Source: Candidatus Micrarchaeota archaeon (GTDB taxonomy: Archaea > B1Sed10-29 > JAJSAI01). Taken from it: 27,132 nucleotides of DNA. Below, in pieces: positions 8,174 through 17,059 of this stretch. The translations under genes were made by a program, and so were the position numbers. The notes beneath the pieces were generated by a model. That model was not told where the DNA came from. It was given only the letters and a program-made list of their open reading frames with translations, and did no database searches. The stretch lies in assembly GCA_964625085.1 (NCBI GenBank), contig CAZVAJ010000012.1, forward strand, positions 1 to 27,132, written 5' to 3'. Within the stretch, counting starts at the first letter, position 1. Each line of letters opens with the position of its first letter.

Positions 8174-9361
8174 ATGATCTCTCTTGAGGCAGTACTGGTC
8201 AGTATGCTTGCCGGCGCACTCATAGGCCTTGAAAGAGAGCACACAAAAAAACAGCATAAGGTGGGCCTGCGTACTTTTTCTCTCATCAGCCTGCTTGGGT
8301 ATGTTACGTCCGTGTTTCAGGACGACCCTTGGCTTCTTGGAATAGGGTTTTCAGTGTCCTGCGCTTTCGCGGTGCTATTGTACTGCCAGCGCGAGAAAAA
8401 ACCGAGCACAGGGTTCACTACAAGCATCTCGATCGTGCTGGCGTTCATGATAGGCACCATAATAGGCCACGGGATGATGAAGGAAGCGGTGTGCATTTCC
8501 GTGATCATAACTGTTTTGCTCTATGCTGGAAGAAAGCTGCACCAGTTCATAGAAAAGCTTACTGAACAGGAAGTCCAGGACTTTCTTGAACTCGTGATAC
8601 TGCTTGGGCTTGTGTATCCTCTGCTGCCAGAACAGATCGCGGTCCAGGGACTGGTGATAAACCTTAAACTGTTGTGGACGCTTGTCATGGTCTTGGTTGG
8701 CTTGAACTTCGGGCTTTTTCTTGGGGCCAGGTTTGTGTCAGCAAGAAAAGAGATACCTCTGGTAGTCATGGTCAGTGATTCTTCACAAAGCCCGGGGATA
8801 ATGAGCACGCTGTACAAAGAGGATAAAAAATGCTTTCCAGTACTCAAGGCCTCTTTCCACCTTCTTCTCGCCGGGCCATTCATAAGAAACTTTGCGCTTG
8901 CAGTATTGTTCATGCCAAGCATGCTGCCTAAAGCTGTTTTGCTCGTGGCAGTTTCTTTCCTCGTGTTCTATTCTTCGTACAGGTTAAGCGGTAGCAGGGG
9001 GATGAAGAAAACAAAACTCAGGCTAAAGTCTCCTTTCAATGTCTTGGAAGCGGTTAAAACAGGGGTCGTGATCTTCTTTGTCATCTGGCTCTTGTCCTTT
9101 CTCAACTACACCAGCACGGGCGTGATGGCTGCTGCTGCGTTAGGCGGTTTTGCTAACGGGGCTGCTACAACAATCTCAATCCTGGCTTCAGGAGTTAGTG
9201 AATCGCAGGCTTTCATGGCGGTCACACTAGCCAGTACAACAAGCACGGTTACCGCGGTAGTGCTCTTGTACGTGTTAGGAGCAGGGGAAATTGTCAGAAA
9301 GAACTTAAGATACCTGCCTGAACTGCTGGTGCCTCTTGCCCTGGCGCTCGTTATACAATAA
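8174..9361 (+). CDS. MgtC/SapB-family plus DUF4010-like polytopic membrane protein
   Basis: GALIGLERE, GLRTFSLISLLG, GFTT, later SPFN motif, many TM segments. Confidence 0.85.
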   Translation: MISLEAVLVSMLAGALIGLEREHTKKQHKVGLRTFSLISLLGYVTSVFQDDPWLLGIGFSVSCAFAVLLYCQREKKPSTGFTTSISIVLAFMIGTIIGHGMMKEAVCISVIITVLLYAGRKLHQFIEKLTEQEVQDFLELVILLGLVYPLLPEQIAVQGLVINLKLLWTLVMVLVGLNFGLFLGARFVSARKEIPLVVMVSDSSQSPGIMSTLYKEDKKCFPVLKASFHLLLAGPFIRNFALAVLFMPSMLPKAVLLVAVSFLVFYSSYRLSGSRGMKKTKLRLKSPFNVLEAVKTGVVIFFVIWLLSFLNYTSTGVMAAAALGGFANGAATTISILASGVSESQAFMAVTLASTTSTVTAVVLLYVLGAGEIVRKNLRYLPELLVPLALALVIQ

Positions 9362-9376
9362 CCTTTTTCTGAAAAG

Positions 9377-10213
9377 TCAGGGCAGTATGAGGTAGAAGAA
9401 AACATCCCCGAACAACAGGAACAGCACGAGCGATGCGAAGATTGCTGGAACGAACACAGGAAGGTTTTCGCACACGGGCAGCTTACGGACTCCGTGTTTT
9501 TTGGCCAGCTGCTTCATTCTCTCAAGCTCTTTTCCGATGAGGGTTCTTCTTTTTATGCCGAGCTGTTTCCTTATCTTGGGGTCAATAAACTCTAGTGCTA
9601 GCACTTCTTCTTCGTCTATCCTGCTCACGGGTTTCATGCTCACGTAGAACAGTTCGATCATATCTTTCTTGAACGGTATTACCGAAAACCCTAGAGCAAA
9701 CGCGGGGAAAAGCAGCCAGATCTTTGACGTGATTGACTGATACAAAATGAAGAAAGGGAGTGTTGATAATGCCAACAGCAGTCCGGTCCCAAGCTTGCGG
9801 GAGTAGGACTTTACTTTTTTCCTGTTGACTGCTAGCCTGTAATGGGTTTTGGCTGGCGTGAAGATCATGGTCCCGAGTATGCCCGCCAGCAGGAATATTG
9901 ATAGTATGGGAGGATAAGGTGCCTGGAAAGACGTGAGAAGAGGCTTTTGAACAAGGAGAGCCAGTCCAGTGAACAACAGGACATCTCCTCCCCCTATCTG
10001 CCCGAACGCGTATCCTGCAAAGCCTGTTAAGAATACCGCGAGCGCTACAAGGTACGCTTGCATTGGATTAGGTGAGATAAACGGTGTTAGGACCACTCCT
10101 GCAAGTATCATTGAAATGGTTATCTTGTCAGACAGATAACCTGTTCTGTAGTCCTGCCATGCTGTGATGCCTGTTCCGGCAAGCGCTATTGCTACAGCAA
10201 CTTCTTCCAACAA
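9377..10213 (-). CDS. Prepilin/preflagellin peptidase (A24 family, FlaK/PibD-like)
   Basis: Two catalytic Asp motifs (WQDYRT and IGGGDV), multiple TM helices, C-terminal PVFVPAI; TTG start. Confidence 0.88.
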   Translation of the reverse strand: MLEEVAVAIALAGTGITAWQDYRTGYLSDKITISMILAGVVLTPFISPNPMQAYLVALAVFLTGFAGYAFGQIGGGDVLLFTGLALLVQKPLLTSFQAPYPPILSIFLLAGILGTMIFTPAKTHYRLAVNRKKVKSYSRKLGTGLLLALSTLPFFILYQSITSKIWLLFPAFALGFSVIPFKKDMIELFYVSMKPVSRIDEEEVLALEFIDPKIRKQLGIKRRTLIGKELERMKQLAKKHGVRKLPVCENLPVFVPAIFASLVLFLLFGDVFFYLILP

Positions 10214-10216
10214 GAT

Positions 10217-11467
10217 CTATTCCTCCACTTCCAGCACATCAAGTTCTTTTACCGCACACTTTTTCTCGGTAACAGAAGAAAAGCTTGGGCTTGTTCTGCC
10301 TTCATCTCCTGAAACAAGCTCCTTAACATACGTTCCAGAGGCTGTGACTATCTCTGCTTCTACTGTATTCTCAGACGCGCGTGAAAGATTAACGCTGAAT
10401 ACTTTTCTTTTCCTTATCCTGTCTGCTCTGCGGTGTGATACTCTTGTAGGAGTTTTTTGTTTTACTGTGAGGTTGTCAAACGTTTTCTCTATTTTTTCCA
10501 GGTCTTCTTCTGTCACGGGTTCTGAGAACTCGATCAGCACCCTGTACTTTTTCTTGTACTCTGCTGCTTTTAGTTCAACAAGCTCTTGCTTGGTTGATCT
10601 CCTAAGGCCTGAGACAATTACTTTTTCAGAGTTTATGAGCTTTTCAAGCACTTCAGGGTCGAATGTTCTCTTATGCGGCCTGATCATTTCCATTACGAAC
10701 GGCCTTCCTGTTCCGAGCATTCTGGCGTCAATGTCTTCTCTTCCCGCACCGTGTAAGATCGCGTCTTCTGCCTGGAAGTATTCCTTCATTTTTTCTCCTA
10801 TCAGCTCTTCCACTGACTCAGTGTACATTTTTCCTTTTCCATTGCACTTCGGGCATGGCTTTTCTTCTCCGAACGCGTCAGTGTACTTCCCTGTTCCTCT
10901 GCATTCTCTGCACGGCCACCTTGTTTGGGGTATGCCTCTCACGAGCTTCTTGTACCTGCCGTAAACGTACAGGCTGTGTACTGTCATTTCTACATTGTGG
11001 CTTACGTAGTCCAGCACAAAAGAAATGTCAGGGTACACGAACTCTGCTTTTTTCCCAGTGTGTTCTGAGTACATTTTTCCAGCGAGCCTGTTTGCTTCTC
11101 TTTTCAATGGCTCGCAGTTCTCTGCGCCTATGCTCTCCCAAAGCTTTTCTTCCAACAGCACCAGGTCATCTGAAATCCTTGAGCCCACCAGAAATGTTTC
11201 ATGCTCCCATTCTTCTGCTTTTTTCTCAGCTTCTTGCACCAGGCTGGGCATGACCGTGAAAATGGAATCGCAGTACTTGCATTCTTCAAGGATTTTGTCT
11301 GTTTTTCCGATTATTTCCTTTGCTTTGTCAAGTGATTCCGCTTGCCTAACTGCGGCACCTATTTCCACAGACTCATAACCACTGAATAAGCCCCTGAACT
11401 GCCTGCCGATGCAGTGATCGCACGCATTGTTCTCCAGTAGGAACGCCCTCACTTTTTTGTACTCCAT
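10217..11467 (-). CDS. pus10: tRNA pseudouridine(54/55) synthase Pus10
   Basis: CDHCIGRQF, YGRYKKLVRGIPQTRW, HGAGREDIDARMLGTGRPF, QKTPTRVSHRRAD, GTYVKELVSGDEGRT. ATG 11467 (MEYKK) preferred over the track start at 11506. Confidence 0.95.
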   Translation of the reverse strand: MEYKKVRAFLLENNACDHCIGRQFRGLFSGYESVEIGAAVRQAESLDKAKEIIGKTDKILEECKYCDSIFTVMPSLVQEAEKKAEEWEHETFLVGSRISDDLVLLEEKLWESIGAENCEPLKREANRLAGKMYSEHTGKKAEFVYPDISFVLDYVSHNVEMTVHSLYVYGRYKKLVRGIPQTRWPCRECRGTGKYTDAFGEEKPCPKCNGKGKMYTESVEELIGEKMKEYFQAEDAILHGAGREDIDARMLGTGRPFVMEMIRPHKRTFDPEVLEKLINSEKVIVSGLRRSTKQELVELKAAEYKKKYRVLIEFSEPVTEEDLEKIEKTFDNLTVKQKTPTRVSHRRADRIRKRKVFSVNLSRASENTVEAEIVTASGTYVKELVSGDEGRTSPSFSSVTEKKCAVKELDVLEVEE

Positions 11468-11955
11468 TCTTTCACGTCCATCCAGTGGTTTAAAATGGTC
11501 ACGCACTGGCTTGCCAAGTAACTTTTTTTACCAAGGCTTAGTTTATTAGCGTTTTCCGGGACTGTCATGCCCTGTTCTCCACCTATCACGAAAACAGGGT
11601 CCTGGCCAGGATCCTTTTTCTGGTAGTACTCTCCTTCAATGTCAAGCCAGAACGCGTTCTCAGGCAGTTTGTACTCTGTTAGTAAGGTTATACCAGGCTG
11701 TCTTCCCCCTGACAACACTTTCTTGAGTATTCCGGCATTTGTCCTCTCGTCAGGCCTTATTCCTCTTAGCCTGCTTCCGTCAAACTCTAATGTCAGCTTG
11801 TCAGAAAGAACGATTAGCCTGACGTCTTTTCTGAAGTCATTATCAAGATAGAATGCGTTAGTGATCACCCTGCACAGCACGTCAATCCGGTGCTCTGAAA
11901 GATTGTTCAGGCTTATGCTGCTTGGAAAGTCTTTTTTTAGCACGAAAGTTCTCAT
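11449..11955 (-). CDS. trmY: tRNA (pseudouridine54-N1)-methyltransferase TrmY (SPOUT)
   Basis: RIDVLCR, FRKDV, LRGIRPDER, PVFVIGGEQG, LSLGKKSYLASQCVTILN; adjacent to pus10. Confidence 0.88.
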   Translation of the reverse strand: MRTFVLKKDFPSSISLNNLSEHRIDVLCRVITNAFYLDNDFRKDVRLIVLSDKLTLEFDGSRLRGIRPDERTNAGILKKVLSGGRQPGITLLTEYKLPENAFWLDIEGEYYQKKDPGQDPVFVIGGEQGMTVPENANKLSLGKKSYLASQCVTILNHWMDVKEWSTKK

Positions 11956-11991
11956 GTTAACAGGTTATGGGATTAGGGGTATTAAATGTTC

Positions 11992-12972
11992 TCATACCCT
12001 CTTTTCAAGCAGGGTGCGCGCTGTTCTTTTCAGCCGTTCAATATCCTGCCGAGTCCTGCACTTTTCACGTTCATGTTGCAGCATGCGTAAGAGTTGGGTT
12101 ATTCTTTTTTCAAACATCTCGTCTGTTTCACGAACACTGCGAGACCGCAGTATGTCTTCTGGTTTTATTCCCAGTTCTCTTGACAGAAGAGCGTATCTCG
12201 CGCCAAACGCGTGCTCTTCTCCAGGATATCTTGAGTGCGCGTACTCGAGTTTTTTCACGTCAGCAGGGCTCTTCCACGCCTGACGCAGGAAAGCAAGGTA
12301 TTCATCAAGGTGTCTTGCTTTTCCTTTCTCTATCACTTCATAGTTCTTAGCGTGCTGTATCTCATGCGCGAGAACAGATTCAGGAGATAGGTATACTTTT
12401 CCGTGTTCTGGTTTTCCTTTTTCTAAAGCCCCTGTATCCAGCGGGTGGGCAGGGCGTATGCCTTTTTCTGTTATCATGTACTCTTGTGCTGAAGCGAGAG
12501 GGTTGTAGCTTGCCTTGCCCGGCTCTCCTCTCTCTGAAACACTTCTCTCAACTTTGATGCCTTCTTTCACTCCTGCTTTGCGTGCTTCTTCTTCAACAAT
12601 CTCTTGCGGAACAAGTTTTGGCAGCAGGGAAAGCATGTCAGCGATTCTTCTAAGGTTTTTGGCGGTCTCAGGGTCTTTCAGAATGGAAGGCTGTTCTGTG
12701 ATGGACTTCTGGAGCGTGTTCAGTTCTTCCAGAAGTTCTTTTGCTCTTTCTTTTTCTATTTCTCTTCTTTTTACTGCGTCAGCCAGAAGGTGGCGTGCGG
12801 ATTCCAGGCCTTCTGCCACCAGTTTTGCTCTTGCATCTGCTTCTGTTTTGAGAACTTGTTCAATGGCTGCTGGCGCTCTCCTACGCTTTTTTGCTGTCTT
12901 GGGCAAGGTGTTAACTACCTTCAGCATTTCTCTTACCTTGTTTACCCTTGCCCTGGTTTCTGGTAATACCAT
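11992..12972 (-). CDS. Hypothetical protein with a zincin-like HExxH motif
   Basis: 326-aa ORF; VLAH203EIQH207 with E224 downstream (HLDEYLA); helical, charged N-terminal half; no signal peptide. Confidence 0.65.
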   Translation of the reverse strand: MVLPETRARVNKVREMLKVVNTLPKTAKKRRRAPAAIEQVLKTEADARAKLVAEGLESARHLLADAVKRREIEKERAKELLEELNTLQKSITEQPSILKDPETAKNLRRIADMLSLLPKLVPQEIVEEEARKAGVKEGIKVERSVSERGEPGKASYNPLASAQEYMITEKGIRPAHPLDTGALEKGKPEHGKVYLSPESVLAHEIQHAKNYEVIEKGKARHLDEYLAFLRQAWKSPADVKKLEYAHSRYPGEEHAFGARYALLSRELGIKPEDILRSRSVRETDEMFEKRITQLLRMLQHEREKCRTRQDIERLKRTARTLLEKRV

Positions 12973-13012
12973 TAGTGTTAACGGGAAGGGAAAAGATAAA
13001 AAACGGTTGGTT

Positions 13013-14335
13013 TTACTTCATCATGCCCGGAGGCATTCCTGGAATCCCTTTCACGCCTTTCATTCCAGGGATTCCTCTGAACTTGCCTTTCTTTATTTTC
13101 TTTATCATTTTTTTGCTTGTCTCATACTGTTTTAAGAGCTCTCTGACTTCTTTTTCTGTTCTTCCTGAGCCCTTTGCTATCCTTTTTATTCTGCTGCTTT
13201 TGATTTCCTCGGGGTGTTCTAGTTCTTGTTTTGTCATGCTGTCCATGATCACTTTGAATGTTTTGAGTTTTTCTTCGCTTTCTTCTACCATTTCTTTTGG
13301 CACGCTGCCTACTCCAAGCATCTCGAGAACTTTCTTCAAGGGCCCCATTTTTTTCATGGCTTCAAGTTGTTTGTAGAACGCGCGCAGGTTGTAATCTTGC
13401 TTTAACAGGTCCTCAGGAGAGAATTCTGCCTCTTCGACCGCCTCCTGCACTTTTTTAAGAAGTTCCCCTAAGTCAGGGAATCCTAGGAGTCTGCTCACGA
13501 ACTTTTCCGCGTCGAACACTTCAAAGTCTTCTGGTTTTTCTCCTGTGCTTATGAATGCTACTGGAACTCCTGCTTGGTTGCAGGCTGAAAGCGCTCCTCC
13601 TGCTCTGCCGCTGGAGTCTGTTTTTGTCACAATAACTCCTGTCAGGCCCACTGCGTCATTGAATGCCCTGGCTTGTTTTGACGCGGTTTGCCCTATGTCA
13701 GCAGAGATCACGAGAAAGACTTCGTCAGGCTGCAGCCTTTCTTTTATTTTCTTTATCTCTTGTATTAGTTCTTCGCTCAGGCTGTCTCTTCCCGCAGAAT
13801 CCACTATCAGGATATCCTGTCCCTTGTACTTGGACAGACTTTCTTCAAGTATTTTCAGGGCGTTGTTTCCTTTTCCGCCGAGCACTGGAAATCCGATCTT
13901 GGCGCCCAGCTGCTCCAGCTGCTCGTATGCTGCCGGCCTCCATGTGTCTGTTGTTATTGCTGCAGTGCTTAGCCCTCTTTTCAGGTAGTGTCTTGACAGT
14001 TTTCCCACCATCGTGGTCTTGCCTGAACCGAAAAGCCCCACGAGCAGGATCTTGTGCTTTTCCATTCTAGGAGAGTACTTTTCTCCCCCGAGTATCCTGA
14101 CAAGCTCGTCGTATATTATTCTGATCAGGTGCTCCCTGCGGCTAACGCCTGCCGGAAGCTTTTCATCCAACGCTTTCTCTCTTATTCTTTCTGAAACTTC
14201 TTTAACAAGAGGGATGCTGACGTCTGCAGTTATCAAGGTTCTTTGTATGTCTTTAACGATCTCGTCCACTTGTTTCTTGTCTATGACTCCTGACTTTGTT
14301 ATCCTGCCTAGTATTTCTCTCATCCTGTTAATCAA
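13013..14335 (-). CDS. srp54: Signal recognition particle protein SRP54
   Basis: GLFGSGKTT, DTWRPAA, DSAGR, TKTD, SRLLGFPD, Met-rich M domain (MDSMT, SRIKRIAKGSG). Confidence 0.97.
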   Translation of the reverse strand: MINRMREILGRITKSGVIDKKQVDEIVKDIQRTLITADVSIPLVKEVSERIREKALDEKLPAGVSRREHLIRIIYDELVRILGGEKYSPRMEKHKILLVGLFGSGKTTMVGKLSRHYLKRGLSTAAITTDTWRPAAYEQLEQLGAKIGFPVLGGKGNNALKILEESLSKYKGQDILIVDSAGRDSLSEELIQEIKKIKERLQPDEVFLVISADIGQTASKQARAFNDAVGLTGVIVTKTDSSGRAGGALSACNQAGVPVAFISTGEKPEDFEVFDAEKFVSRLLGFPDLGELLKKVQEAVEEAEFSPEDLLKQDYNLRAFYKQLEAMKKMGPLKKVLEMLGVGSVPKEMVEESEEKLKTFKVIMDSMTKQELEHPEEIKSSRIKRIAKGSGRTEKEVRELLKQYETSKKMIKKIKKGKFRGIPGMKGVKGIPGMPPGMMK

Positions 14336-15438
14336 TCTTCTTCACCCAGTATCTTATCAACGAGTTCAGGAGGGTTAAACTCTTTCAGGTCATCAAGCCC
14401 CTGGCCTACGCCTAAGAACAAGATCGGTTTTTCAAGCGTGCTTGAAACAGAGATTATGCTTCCTCCTTTCACGTCGCAGTCTGCTTTCGTCATTATTATT
14501 CCGTCAACTGGAACTGCTTCATCGAATTTTTTGGCTTCTTCAACTGCTGCGTTTCCGGCAAGAGATTCTCCAACGTATATTCGGGCGTCTGGTTTTGCGA
14601 CCCTGTTTATTTTTCTTAGTTCTTCCATCAGGTTCTTGTTCAGTTCTGATCTTCCTGCAGTATCAAGGATAACGTAGTCTACGCCCCTTGCTTTAGCGTG
14701 CGAGATCGCGTCATAGCATACTGCAGCAGGGTCTGCGCCGTACTCGTGTTTTATGACATTGACCCCTATCTTACGCGCAAGGGTCTCAAGCTGCTCTATG
14801 CTCGCTGCCCTGAAAGTGTCTGCCGCAGCGATCACTACTTTTTTGCCCTGATCCTGGATTTTTTTGGCCAGTTTTATGATTGTGGTCGTTTTACCGTGAC
14901 CGTTCGGCCCGACCACCATGATAACAAAAGGCTTTTTGTCTGCTGAAAGGATGTCAATTCTTTCCGGAAGAAGTTCGAGAAGGGTTTCCCTTAATGCTTT
15001 TTCAAGCACTCCTGATATCGATTCTTTGGACCTGATTTCTTTCCCGGACAATTTTTCCCGTAACTTGCGGGTTATTTTTTCAGCTGTTTCAAGGGAAACG
15101 TCTGCTTCAAGAAGCTCAAGTTCAAAGTCCTCTAACAGGGGCGCGATGTCCTCTTCTTTTATAACAATCTTGCGCGCTACCTTCTTTTTCAGTCTTGTGG
15201 AAAGCCGGACCTTCTTTTCTTTTTCAGCCTTTTTAGGAACAGGGGGTTGTGCTTTTTTCTCTGGCGTTTTCTTTTCCTGGACCTCTTGTTCAGGCTCAGG
15301 CTGTTCCTCTTCAAGCACGGTTTCTTCAGGCCCCTCTTCTAGGATTTCTTCCTCAGGAGCTTGCTCCAGCTTTTCTTCTATTACTTTTTCTTCTTTCTTG
15401 AAAAATCCTTTGACTTTCTTCTTTAGAACCCCGAACAT
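14332..15438 (-). CDS. ftsY: SRP receptor FtsY
   Basis: MFGVLKKK start, acidic A-domain, GPNGHGKTTT, DTFRAA, DTAGR, TKAD, GVGQGLDDL. Confidence 0.97.
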   Translation of the reverse strand: MFGVLKKKVKGFFKKEEKVIEEKLEQAPEEEILEEGPEETVLEEEQPEPEQEVQEKKTPEKKAQPPVPKKAEKEKKVRLSTRLKKKVARKIVIKEEDIAPLLEDFELELLEADVSLETAEKITRKLREKLSGKEIRSKESISGVLEKALRETLLELLPERIDILSADKKPFVIMVVGPNGHGKTTTIIKLAKKIQDQGKKVVIAAADTFRAASIEQLETLARKIGVNVIKHEYGADPAAVCYDAISHAKARGVDYVILDTAGRSELNKNLMEELRKINRVAKPDARIYVGESLAGNAAVEEAKKFDEAVPVDGIIMTKADCDVKGGSIISVSSTLEKPILFLGVGQGLDDLKEFNPPELVDKILGEED

Positions 15439-15444
15439 TTGGCA

Positions 15445-15807
15445 TCACTGGCTGGCTATTCTGGCATAGTCTGCCTTGATCTTGGTCATTACAGCGTTCA
15501 GTTTTTCAAGGTCCTGTTTTAGGTTTTCCTGGATCTTTTTCAGTCTTTCTTCCGTATCCTTCACGCTGTATTCTGCCAGAACGTCTGCGCCCAGGTTGAG
15601 CAGGACTCTGCTGTCGTCTGAAATTTTTGTTTTCACGAAAACTCCTGAACCCAGGGCTGAAAAAGATTCTGCTCCTTTTTTGATTTCAGGCAAGGCGTTT
15701 ATCACGGTCTCGTTTTCCATTACTGCTGCCAGCAGTTGTTCTATTCTTGCCTGGACTTCTCCAGCCTGCTGTTCCATGTACCTCATCATCGCTTCTTTTT
15801 CATTCAT
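15445..15807 (-). CDS. pfdA: Prefoldin subunit alpha
   Basis: Coiled coils flanking LGSGVFVK and VLLNLGADVLAE hairpins; conserved position before ftsY. ATG 15807 follows a GGAGTGA Shine-Dalgarno; alternative GTG at 15816. Confidence 0.88.
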   Translation of the reverse strand: MNEKEAMMRYMEQQAGEVQARIEQLLAAVMENETVINALPEIKKGAESFSALGSGVFVKTKISDDSRVLLNLGADVLAEYSVKDTEERLKKIQENLKQDLEKLNAVMTKIKADYARIASQ

Positions 15808-15812
15808 TTTTA

Positions 15813-16445
15813 TCACTCCTCAAAGATTTCATCCACTCTCATTATTTCAGGACCTGTTGTAGCAGACCCTACCAGGACTCCTTTGTCGTTAGCCAGAATC
15901 CCTGACTTGACAAACTGGTCCCCGAAGTTCACGGTCCCAACATCTCCTTTTACTTTGAACGTTTTTTCCAACTCCGCAAGCTTTTGGTCTGTTGCACCAG
16001 GATGCACAAGCAGGCCTTTATTGTTAACAAAGATAGCTGAACCAACAAGGTCCGAGCCTGCGATTGACATTTCTTTCGCTTCCGACACTTCTTTTGAAAG
16101 GTACTTGCTAACGATCATGCCATTGTCATTTAACGCAAGCAAGTTGCCTACTGCAGTGTACTTTGAGTCAATTACTATTACATCACTGAATACTTCTTCA
16201 AAAACCTTTTGCTCTTCAGGTAGTATTGTTTTAGGGACGTATGCTTTTTTTGAGTTTGCTGCGCAGAAAAGTCCAATAAGTCCTGTTTCGTCCACCGTGG
16301 CGCGGACAATGTCCACGTCAAGAACTTCTCTTACGAGGTCAGAAAAGGATTTTGGTGCCAAGGCTGACACTACTGCGTGCTGATTGTTAGCCACTGCAAA
16401 AAGTCCTATGTTAGGGCACCCGTTAATGTCCGCCCGGGTTATCAT
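15813..16445 (-). CDS. eif6: Translation initiation factor 6 (aIF6)
   Basis: PNIGLFA, GNLLALND, GTVNFG, SGILAND, GSATTGPEIMR. Confidence 0.95.
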   Translation of the reverse strand: MITRADINGCPNIGLFAVANNQHAVVSALAPKSFSDLVREVLDVDIVRATVDETGLIGLFCAANSKKAYVPKTILPEEQKVFEEVFSDVIVIDSKYTAVGNLLALNDNGMIVSKYLSKEVSEAKEMSIAGSDLVGSAIFVNNKGLLVHPGATDQKLAELEKTFKVKGDVGTVNFGDQFVKSGILANDKGVLVGSATTGPEIMRVDEIFEE

Positions 16446-16452
16446 TTCTTGT

Positions 16453-16860
16453 TCACTCTGCAGGGTAAGCTGTGGCTGTCTCTTTTCCTATTGCCACTTT
16501 CACCCTCACCTTTCTGGGCGGGTGCTGGTCTCCTCTTGCCCACAGCCGTTCGTTAAGTGTTTTGTCCAGCTTCACTTCTCTTTTAATGTGCCTCTTAAGC
16601 TGCCTTTTCAGGACTTTCACTGCTGCTCTTGTCCTGTTGGTCCTTTTTGTTGCCCACGCGTCTTTTAGTGAAAGAGTAAGCAGCTTTTCTTCCAGAGGCT
16701 TTTCCTGTTTTTTCTTTTCTTCTGTCTTCTTCTTTGCCTCGGGCTTTTTCTTAACAACTGTTTTTTTCTCAGCCTCTTCTTCTGTCTTCTTTTCTTCTTT
16801 TTTCTCAGCTTCTTTCTTCAGGGTTTTTGCTTTTATTGCGGCTTCCTTTTTTTCAGTCAT
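16453..16860 (-). CDS. rpl31e: 50S ribosomal protein L31e with a K/E-rich N-terminal extension
   Basis: RTRAAVK, VKLDKTLNERLWARG, PPRKVRVK; lies between L39e and aIF6. Confidence 0.93.
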   Translation of the reverse strand: MTEKKEAAIKAKTLKKEAEKKEEKKTEEEAEKKTVVKKKPEAKKKTEEKKKQEKPLEEKLLTLSLKDAWATKRTNRTRAAVKVLKRQLKRHIKREVKLDKTLNERLWARGDQHPPRKVRVKVAIGKETATAYPAE

Positions 16861-17054
16861 GCTTTATTCGCCTCCAGGCGTTTTCTAACTCTTTTGCCTT
16901 TTTTGGAGTTTCTGGCCCTCCAGTGCTTTTTCCTGGAGCCTGTTATATAGTCACGCACCTGGGTCTTGAGGTAGACCCATACAGGGGCCCTCTGGTTGCT
17001 TCGGTATTCTTTGGCAAGGCCTCTTTTGAATTCTTGTCCTTTTTTGCTTGTCAT
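16857..17054 (-). CDS. rpl39e: 50S ribosomal protein L39e
   Basis: KRGLAK, NQRAPVWVYLKT, RKKHWR; conserved gene order. ATG 17054 lies 5 nt after GGTGA; alternative starts at 17057 and 17063. Confidence 0.9.
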   Translation of the reverse strand: MTSKKGQEFKRGLAKEYRSNQRAPVWVYLKTQVRDYITGSRKKHWRARNSKKGKRVRKRLEANKA

Positions 17055-17059
17055 CATTC

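Noticed and set aside
10860..10915. DnaJ-like CxxCxGxG pair in Pus10 as a novel fusion
   Set aside because: Such a Cys-rich insert after the PQTRW motif is a familiar feature of archaeal Pus10.
13016..13080. GIPGM repeats at the SRP54 C-terminus
   Set aside because: Gly/Met/Pro-rich tails are normal for SRP54 M domains.
16690..16860. Purine-rich short repeats as a CRISPR or tandem array
   Set aside because: They are irregular and explained by K/E codons of the L31e extension; no repeat-spacer periodicity was seen anywhere in the window.
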